From assembly GCA_040006935.1 (NCBI GenBank), contig JBDTVZ010000001.1, positions 295,772 to 359,771 on the forward strand: 64,000 nucleotides of DNA, in the 5' to 3' direction. This document shows, piece after piece, positions 1-6,752 of the stretch. The number at the start of each line of letters is the position of its first letter. Position 1 is the stretch's first letter. The notes under the pieces are model-generated. The model saw only the letters and a program-made list of their open reading frames with translations, did no database searches and was not told the DNA's origin. The translations under genes and the position numbers were made by a program. The stretch comes from Candidatus Dojkabacteria bacterium. GTDB taxonomy: Bacteria; Patescibacteriota; Dojkabacteria; J137.

Positions 1-740
1 TAAATTTCTCTTCGTCTGTGGAATAACCAACAGCATTTGCATAATTAGTTAAAGCATCAAACCAAACATACATTACTTGAGCGTCATCTCCTGGAACAGG
101 AATTCCCCAAGGAAGATTTTTCTTAAGTCTGGAAATGCTAATGTCCTCGATATTTTTTATAAAGTTGATTAACTCATCGTATTTAGAACTTGGTTTTAAT
201 TTATCTTTATTTTTTGCATAAATATCTAAGAGTTCTTCCTTGTATTTAGAAAGTTTAAAGAAGTAATTTTCTTCTGAATATTGAATTGGTACTGTATTAT
301 GTAAGGGACATTTACCATCTACTAAATCTTTTTCTGTTTTGAATTCTTCACAACCAACGCAGTAAAGGCCTTCGTATTTCTTTTTATAAATATCTCCTTT
401 TGCATCACAAGCTTTCCAGAATGCCTGAGCTGCTTTGTAATGAGCTGGATCTGTTGTTCTGTAAAAATTATCATAATTTATATTGAATAATTTACAGAAT
501 TCCTGCCATTTTGCAGCATAAAAATCTGCATATTCTTTTGGAGTTTGATTTTCTGCTAAAGCCTTTTCGTAAATCTTTAAGCCGTGTTCGTCTGTTCCCA
601 CATTGAAGAAGACGTTTTCTACACCTAATTGCTTTCGGTAAAATCGAATAATCGCATCTGCCTGGAAAAACTCCAATGCATGGCCAATGTGTGGCGCAGC
701 ATTTACGTAGGGCAGAGTTGTTGTTAAGTAAAACTTTGTC
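1..740 (-). CDS. metG: methionyl-tRNA synthetase, N-terminal part (gene continues beyond window start)
   Basis: My own translation of the minus strand from the ATG at 738-740 gives MTKFYLTTTLPYVNAAPHIGHALEF...CVGCEEF...CPLHNTV. It has the HIGH motif and a zinc knuckle typical of MetRS. This ORF is not in the supplied track because it is truncated by the window edge. Confidence 0.8.
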
Positions 741-975
741 ATGTTAAAAAAGTCTAGTAAATTAAGTTATTATAGCACTTCAAAGCTGTTTGAGAATTTG
801 CAGAGCAAATACTAAAACTTAGCTTAGCGTTCCCTTTCGGGATTATTTGTAATGAATATACTTGAAATTTAGATGTAGAAAATTAGGCAGCGGTAGCCGC
901 CATCATGAAGAAATTATTTTTTATCGAAGGTTCATTTGTGAACATATAGTGATTATATCTTAATATATTCAAGAT

Positions 976-1623
976 TTAAACCAGTTGTTTCCAAATAGCC
1001 GTCAACTCTTGAGAAAGTTCTTCTTGGAACTGTACACTATTCATCATATGAATTGCCTTTTCTTCGTCACCATTTGATTTCTCATTTAATAGCTTATTTC
1101 TTACCTCCAAAGCAATGCCTGCAATTATTTCCGCTAAATTTAGATAGGAATTTAGTTCTTCTGTATAAAATTGATCACTGTAATATTTTGTAATCACATC
1201 ATTTTTCAATAGTCTTGAAAAAAATCCCTTTGGGTCTTTTCCTATCAAATGCCAAAACCATAGTGCTGCTGCTTGCTCTTTAGTATCATCTGGCCTTAAC
1301 TTATCAATATCTTCTATAAAGAAGAAAGGTCCTTTTCTATTTTTCAATTGGCTAATTAATTCAGCAAAATTTATATCAAAACTTTTTAAACTTGTTGAAA
1401 GCTCTTCAATAGTTTTTAGAAATTCTGGATCAAAAGTAACTGCGCTAACAAGAGATCTCTGAGCATCAGTCTGAAGATTTAAGGGTTCTTTCTTTAAGTT
1501 GAAAATATTCTTAGCTTTTGCAGAATTTTTCTCTATCCATCTTTTTAGAAATATAAGTGCATTTGGATTCTTTTGTAAATATTCAATTTGTTGAGTTTTT
1601 ATTTCTGGGAATACATTTGTCAT
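976..1623 (-). CDS. hypothetical protein (215 aa)
   Basis: Long ORF in the same orientation as its neighbours, 4-bp overlap with the upstream gene. No motif recognised. Confidence 0.4.
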   Translation of the reverse strand: MTNVFPEIKTQQIEYLQKNPNALIFLKRWIEKNSAKAKNIFNLKKEPLNLQTDAQRSLVSAVTFDPEFLKTIEELSTSLKSFDINFAELISQLKNRKGPFFFIEDIDKLRPDDTKEQAAALWFWHLIGKDPKGFFSRLLKNDVITKYYSDQFYTEELNSYLNLAEIIAGIALEVRNKLLNEKSNGDEEKAIHMMNSVQFQEELSQELTAIWKQLV

Positions 1624-2360
1624 TTTAATTTATCTAATTCTTTTTGTAAGATATCTCTTTCAACTTCAGCACGGAAAGTTTTATAAAAAGTTATTATTTC
1701 CGCAACTGTTGCTGAGTTTGTTACTGATTTACATTCAATTGGATAAAACCCAATTAGCCTTTTATTTTCAGAATTATAATTTATTTGTGATGGAAAGTAT
1801 CTTCCAGGAAAAACATAATCATATTTATTCCAATCTAAGGCAGCTTCTAACATGGGGCTTGGAGTTGTTGATAAAATCGTTACTGATTGTGGGTTTCGGT
1901 TTTTATCTTCTGTATTGTAGTAAAGAGATGTTACATCTGCATTTACAAAACAATACCTATTGTCTTCTGATGCTACGTAAAGAAATAATTTAGACTTTTT
2001 ATCTTCAAAAGTAAATTCCTTCTTTTGTTGATTATTGTCACTTGTGCTTATGGAAAAACTCTCCTTTTCATTTGTAATTCTTGTATAAGCTTCAAAAGTT
2101 GGGAGATTTAATACTTGTTCACTTTCTTGGAAAATTAAATCAGAGTCACTTAAATTAAATATCGAAACTGCATTTTTATATTCTAATTTTGACGCTGTTA
2201 CATTTGTTGCTAAAACGGTCACAGTAGAAGAGAGAAGGAGAGCAATTAACCAAACCGATACTATTTGTCCTCGATCATTAATTATTCTTAAGGTAAGAGT
2301 TTTAGCGTGTTTAAAAACATGTTTTAAAAAGGAAAGGCTTTTCCTTACGTAATCTCTCAT
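1620..2360 (-). CDS. hypothetical membrane-anchored protein (246 aa)
   Basis: N-terminal hydrophobic helix (VWLIALLLSSTVTVLA). Start overlaps the gatC stop by 1 nt, suggesting translational coupling. Confidence 0.45.
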   Translation of the reverse strand: MRDYVRKSLSFLKHVFKHAKTLTLRIINDRGQIVSVWLIALLLSSTVTVLATNVTASKLEYKNAVSIFNLSDSDLIFQESEQVLNLPTFEAYTRITNEKESFSISTSDNNQQKKEFTFEDKKSKLFLYVASEDNRYCFVNADVTSLYYNTEDKNRNPQSVTILSTTPSPMLEAALDWNKYDYVFPGRYFPSQINYNSENKRLIGFYPIECKSVTNSATVAEIITFYKTFRAEVERDILQKELDKLK

Positions 2361-2665
2361 TAGTCTTTGTTGATAATCTTACTAGTAACAATATATCCGT
2401 ATTTTGATCTACCATCAGTAGCATTTTTAAGAAGTTTATCCTGAGATAATGATGGTTTCACCACATCTTCTTGCAAAACTCTTCCTTTAAAATCTGATAA
2501 ATTATGTTCAAACTCAATACCTGTAGTATCGCATTCTTGAATCTGAGAAACATAATCCAGAATATGATTAAATTCTCCAGCAAATTTATCTAATTCTTCA
2601 TTAGAAAAATCTAATTTTGCTAATTCTGCTATTTTTTTAATTTCTTCTTTAGTTAGTGTGTTCAT
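2360..2665 (-). CDS. gatC: Glu-tRNA(Gln) amidotransferase subunit C
   Basis: About 100 aa, with the pattern LTKEEIKKIAELAKLDFSNEELDKF...LQEDVV typical of GatC. Confidence 0.75.
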   Translation of the reverse strand: MNTLTKEEIKKIAELAKLDFSNEELDKFAGEFNHILDYVSQIQECDTTGIEFEHNLSDFKGRVLQEDVVKPSLSQDKLLKNATDGRSKYGYIVTSKIINKD

Positions 2666-2748
2666 TGCTATTTCCTTTTGTCATGTTGAGGTTCTCAAAC
2701 CATGACTTTATTATTATTTAGTTTAGTTCAAAATTTTAGTTTTTACCA

Positions 2749-2802
2749 GGGCGTGTTACGCCCAAGTTCTTTTGTGTCATGGTGAGCGGAGTCGAACCAT
2801 GA
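2749..2802. repeat. 54-bp GC-rich element, family R1: hairpin GGGCGTGTTACGCCC followed by TGTGTCATGGTGAGCGGAGTCGAACCATG
   Basis: Identical at 54 of 55 positions to 3606-3659. Contains two perfect hairpins. Confidence 0.8.
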
Positions 2803-2809
2803 TTTTTCA

Positions 2810-3538
2810 TTATAAAAGTTTAGTTAAATCATTTTTAAATTCGAATTGGAAATCACTCAAGGGTTTATACCCACCTATCTTATTTAATACATTATTATAC
2901 AATTGATTCCAGTAATTATACTTAATTTGAGGATCACTTTCATTAATAAATTCCCCTAATAATTCCAGAAACTCTTTATTCCATTCTCCTAAATCCTTAA
3001 TTAATCTCTTATCACTTACATACCACTTTTCATTGCTAGCATAGAGAGCTTTTATTAACTCATTAATAGCTACATGCATAGATAATAAGGTTGAATCTTT
3101 GTCACTATTAAGATACCTAGTTATTTTATTATTTAAATGATAAATCGAGAAGCGAACATCGTACTCTAATCTTTTATCAAAAATCCTTGGTTTCGCATTT
3201 TCTCTTACGTAATCTCTTAAAGTTGTTGTTTCACCTTCTTTATCAAAAAGTATTTTACTTTCATAAATAATAGGAGGACGGTCACCTTTTTCCATCTCTT
3301 TTTCGGTGGATCTTTTAAGTTGTTGATAGGAAATAAAGGTAAGATCTAACTTAATACCCTCAATAACAGGATTAAGAATAGTAAATGGTCTATCTTCTTT
3401 AGTTATTACCTTAAAATCTAAATCACTGTCTGGACCAAATTCATCCCTAACATAGGAACCAAAAATAAAAGCAGCAATATATTCATCATACTGTTGAAGT
3501 TGCCTTATTTTTTCTATAACTACTAGCGGAGAGGACAT
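2810..3538 (-). CDS. nucleotidyltransferase-domain protein (KNTase/LinB-like minimal NTase plus C-terminal helical domain)
   Basis: FGSYVRDEFGPDSDLDF matches the GS..(D/E).D nucleotidyltransferase signature. 242 aa. Confidence 0.65.
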   Translation of the reverse strand: MSSPLVVIEKIRQLQQYDEYIAAFIFGSYVRDEFGPDSDLDFKVITKEDRPFTILNPVIEGIKLDLTFISYQQLKRSTEKEMEKGDRPPIIYESKILFDKEGETTTLRDYVRENAKPRIFDKRLEYDVRFSIYHLNNKITRYLNSDKDSTLLSMHVAINELIKALYASNEKWYVSDKRLIKDLGEWNKEFLELLGEFINESDPQIKYNYWNQLYNNVLNKIGGYKPLSDFQFEFKNDLTKLL

Positions 3539-3605
3539 ACTGAGTTGAAACTATAGTAATTAATATAATCAATGCCTGAGTTTAGTGTTAACTCAACATA
3601 TGATA

Positions 3606-3719
3606 AGGGCGTGTTACGCCCTAGTTCTTTTGTGTCATGGTGAGCGGAGTCGAACCATGTTCTATATTTCTGATGGGATTGACGTGCCCTCACTTCGTTC
3701 GGGCTCGCAATGACAACAA
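3606..3719. repeat. composite MITE-like element: an R1 copy plus terminal inverted repeats TTGTGTCAT...ATGACAACAA, ending in the GGCTCGCAATGACA module
   Basis: Direct repeat of 2749-2802. The right end matches the family ends at 9690-9704 and 51520-51535. Confidence 0.6.
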
Positions 3720-3787
3720 TAAATAATTATAAATGATCAATTATGAATTATAAGTCCTTATTAAAAAAATTGAGATTCTTCTATTAA

Positions 3788-3866
3788 CCTCCTGCCGTCA
3801 GGCACGGCAAGCTCCATGCCAGCATGCCTAAGGCAGCCGAGGAGGCAGGCAAGCAGGGCAGGCTCA
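3788..3866. repeat. GC-rich imperfect palindromic element
   Basis: CCTCCTGCCG...CGAGGAGGCAGG inverted arms in an otherwise AT-rich spacer. Confidence 0.5.
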
Positions 3867-3901
3867 TTCTGAGATTCTTCTTTTAATTTTTAATTATTAA
3901 T

Positions 3902-5266
3902 TTATAATTGTATTTCCTCTTGCATACTTGGAATATAGCAACTGTTAATTCTCTCACCTTCAAAATATTCTTTTAAAGCTGTTGATCTGTCAATTTCCGC
4001 ATGAATTAAGAATACTTTCTTAAGCTTTTCGTTTGTAAATCTTTTTAACCAAGCTGAATAATCATTTGTATCTCCGTGTGCAGAAAATCCTTTTAATAAA
4101 TGAATTTTAGCTTTTACACTTATGTTTCTACTTCCAATTACAACATTCTTAGCTCCTTCAGTTAATTCTCTTCCTAAAGTTCCTTCTGCTTGATAGCCAA
4201 CAAATATCACAGCATTCTTTGGATTTTCTAATGATCTAGATAAATGCTCTACAATTCTTCCGCCGTCTGCCATTCCACTTCCTGCAATAACAACTTGACC
4301 TGTTTTGCTAGCAATTCCTTGTGATTGTTTATATTTATTTACATAAATTAAACCTTCAAAGTCGAACAAGTTTTCTTCTCCATGTTGTAATGCAGAAATA
4401 TAAATTCTTGTAACTCTTTGAGCTAAAGGACTATCTAACCAAACTTTCAAATCTCTAGTTAGAGCTCCAGCTTGTTTTGCAATTTTTAAGTCATTTAAAA
4501 TTTCCTGAGTTCTTTGTACTGCAAACGATGGAATGAATACACTTCCTCCAGTGCTTACAGTATTACTTATAAGTGTAATCATCTCATTTACAGATTCTTG
4601 TCTTTCTGGGTGAAATTGTCCTCCATAAAGAGATTCTACTAAAACATAATCAGGTTGAGATCGATATTCTCTATCGAATGTATCGATAATATTTGATCCC
4701 ATTCTTCCAATATCACCTGAGAATATTATCTTTTTCCAAACGCCATCATCTTCAATATCTACCTCAATACTTGCAGCTCCTAAAATATGTCCAGCAACTA
4801 AATAAGTTACTTTAATTCCATCTGCAGGTTCGAAAGTCTCATCAAAATTTACTGGCTTAAACTTAGCAATTGTTTTTATTGCATCATTATTATCGTAAAC
4901 AAGAGCTTTAACCTTAGTATACTTTCCATAGAATTCACCTCTCTTAAAATTACTCTCTTGTATTTTGGCAGAATCTAATAAAAGCTCAGTTGAAATTTGA
5001 ATTGTATTGCTTGTTGCATAAATTACACCTTCGAAACCATTCTTTGTAAGCTTTGGAAGCATTCCTGAATGGTCAATATGAGAATGAGTAAGTAGAGCGA
5101 AGTCTAAATCTGTAGGATTATATGAAAGTTCTTCCAAATTCAAGTGTTCTACATCCGGACCTTGAAACATTCCACAATCCACAGCAAAAGTACCATGATT
5201 TGTTGTTACTACATAGTTAGAACCTGTAACGGTTTTAGCCGCACCGCAAAATTTAATTTTTATCAT
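3902..5266 (-). CDS. metallo-beta-lactamase fold beta-CASP ribonuclease (RNase J / CPSF-like)
   Basis: HSHIDHSG motif. 454 aa, with a beta-CASP-like C-terminal half. Confidence 0.65.
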   Translation of the reverse strand: MIKIKFCGAAKTVTGSNYVVTTNHGTFAVDCGMFQGPDVEHLNLEELSYNPTDLDFALLTHSHIDHSGMLPKLTKNGFEGVIYATSNTIQISTELLLDSAKIQESNFKRGEFYGKYTKVKALVYDNNDAIKTIAKFKPVNFDETFEPADGIKVTYLVAGHILGAASIEVDIEDDGVWKKIIFSGDIGRMGSNIIDTFDREYRSQPDYVLVESLYGGQFHPERQESVNEMITLISNTVSTGGSVFIPSFAVQRTQEILNDLKIAKQAGALTRDLKVWLDSPLAQRVTRIYISALQHGEENLFDFEGLIYVNKYKQSQGIASKTGQVVIAGSGMADGGRIVEHLSRSLENPKNAVIFVGYQAEGTLGRELTEGAKNVVIGSRNISVKAKIHLLKGFSAHGDTNDYSAWLKRFTNEKLKKVFLIHAEIDRSTALKEYFEGERINSCYIPSMQEEIQL

Positions 5267-5438
5267 TGAGAAAATTATTAATAAGTAAGATAAACCACCT
5301 CAAACCCATATCTAATTGGCAGGCAATGAGGAAAAATTCAATATTAAATCGCTAAATGATAACAGAAATTGAGCGAAAAATGCTAAGATTAATGCAGATA
5401 ACAGCTACAGAAGCTAGATTACAGATAATTGTGTAAGT

Positions 5439-5481
5439 TTATTCTGTTATCTGTTATCTGTTATCTGTTATCTGTTATCTG
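5439..5481 (+). promoter_or_regulatory. tandem heptamer array (GTTATCT x5 plus one degenerate copy) ending 5 nt before the rnpA start
   Basis: Read directly from the sequence. Inverted copies CAGATAA lie at about 5395-5428. This sits in the divergent promoter region between the RNase J-like gene and rnpA. Confidence 0.6.
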
Positions 5482-5486
5482 TAAAT

Positions 5487-5810
5487 ATGTTGCCAAAACA
5501 TTTAAGACTTCCTTCCAAGGAAATTGTACGAATAGCTAAGAATGGAAAGCGATTTTCAGGTGAACTTTTTGATTTAAAAGTTTGGTACGATAATACTTTG
5601 GGAAATCCTTTAATGACAATATCTATTTCAGTGAAAGTCGATAAGAGATCTACTGTGAGAAATAAAATAAAAAGAAAACTGAGAGCAGTATGGGCAGAAT
5701 TACTTAAAGAAAATAAAATTACAAAAGGGAAGTATTTAATAATTGTAAAATCTCCAAAATTAGAAGAAACTGAGAATTCTGAAATTAAGAAATTACTTTC
5801 CTCAAAGTAG
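5487..5810 (+). CDS. rnpA: ribonuclease P protein component
   Basis: Small basic protein, MLPKHLRLPSKEIVRIAKNGKRFSG...RNKIKRKLR, typical of RnpA. Confidence 0.7.
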   Translation: MLPKHLRLPSKEIVRIAKNGKRFSGELFDLKVWYDNTLGNPLMTISISVKVDKRSTVRNKIKRKLRAVWAELLKENKITKGKYLIIVKSPKLEETENSEIKKLLSSK

Positions 5811-5814
5811 AATA

Positions 5815-6123
5815 TTACATTCTCTCGTAACCGTGGGGACTGGGATTAGCTCTTATAAATTCCTTGATCTCTTCCATTTTTATCTCTTTAGAAGTGCTCA
5901 AAAGCTCTTGTAAAAATAGAAACAATTCCTTCTTATCTATTTTAATTATAAAGCTGGCTTGAAGTTGTTTTATTTCCCAGGGTTGGATTGCCAACTCTAA
6001 TAAATCTGTAATATCCCATAGTGTCATTCTTTCTTCTAGAGAAGCTATGAGTTCTTTAAAAGAATTACAATTTATCCAATCAAATTCAGTTGTTTTTGGA
6101 AATTCCATGATTTTAAAATTCAA
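5815..6123 (-). CDS. small acidic hypothetical protein, paralog 1 of 3
   Basis: About 100 aa. Shares a DWIN..S.EELI.S motif with the two following ORFs. Confidence 0.45.
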   Translation of the reverse strand: MNFKIMEFPKTTEFDWINCNSFKELIASLEERMTLWDITDLLELAIQPWEIKQLQASFIIKIDKKELFLFLQELLSTSKEIKMEEIKEFIRANPSPHGYERM

Positions 6124-6403
6124 TCTGATTTATAAATTTTTGAACATTTTCTTTACTTAAATTAGGAAATTCTTCATTTTCCATTGCATTACTAATCCTT
6201 TCTATTATATCTTCCAGAGCCCAATGTTGTATAAATTCATATTCTTTAGAAGAGATATAATTTCCTTTTTTTAAAACTATAATTAATAGTTTTTGAATTT
6301 CAGTATCATCAAAGAAGCATCGTTCTCTTATAGATTCTACGAGTTCATCAATATTTCCAGATCTTAACCAGCTCTCTATTTTTACCTCTTTAGGCTTTTC
6401 CAT
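6113..6403 (-). CDS. small acidic hypothetical protein, paralog 2 of 3
   Basis: Tandem paralog, overlapping its neighbour by 11 nt. Confidence 0.45.
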   Translation of the reverse strand: MEKPKEVKIESWLRSGNIDELVESIRERCFFDDTEIQKLLIIVLKKGNYISSKEYEFIQHWALEDIIERISNAMENEEFPNLSKENVQKFINQIEF

Positions 6404-6418
6404 AAAATAATATTAGAT

Positions 6419-6742
6419 TTAAAATTCAGAAACAACAGAATCTACAGTAAAACCTTCACCTATTAGATATTGTTTTATCACTCCTGTTCCAAGCTCGGGC
6501 AAATCCTCATTATGAAAAGCTTCTACAACCTTATCTAAAATATCGGCACAATTAGCAGCACTTATAAAGATTTCCTCTTCTTCAAGCAGAGGTCGTTTTT
6601 TTATTGCAATGGAGAACAGTAATTGAATCTGTCGAGGCTTCAAATTTGTATTAGTTAATATAGATTCAATTAATTCTTCTAGACTTCCAGAAAAATTTAT
6701 CCAATCAATGACATCCTGCTTTTTCTCTTGTCTTATTTCCAT
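6419..6742 (-). CDS. small acidic hypothetical protein, paralog 3 of 3
   Basis: Tandem paralog (VIDWINFSGSLEELIESI). Confidence 0.45.
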   Translation of the reverse strand: MEIRQEKKQDVIDWINFSGSLEELIESILTNTNLKPRQIQLLFSIAIKKRPLLEEEEIFISAANCADILDKVVEAFHNEDLPELGTGVIKQYLIGEGFTVDSVVSEF

Positions 6743-6752
6743 ATTTATTAAA

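Noticed and set aside
5439-5481. Tandem 7-bp repeats considered as a possible CRISPR or minisatellite array
   Set aside because: The unit is only 7 bp with no spacers, and it sits in a promoter. No cas genes are in the window. It is not a CRISPR array.
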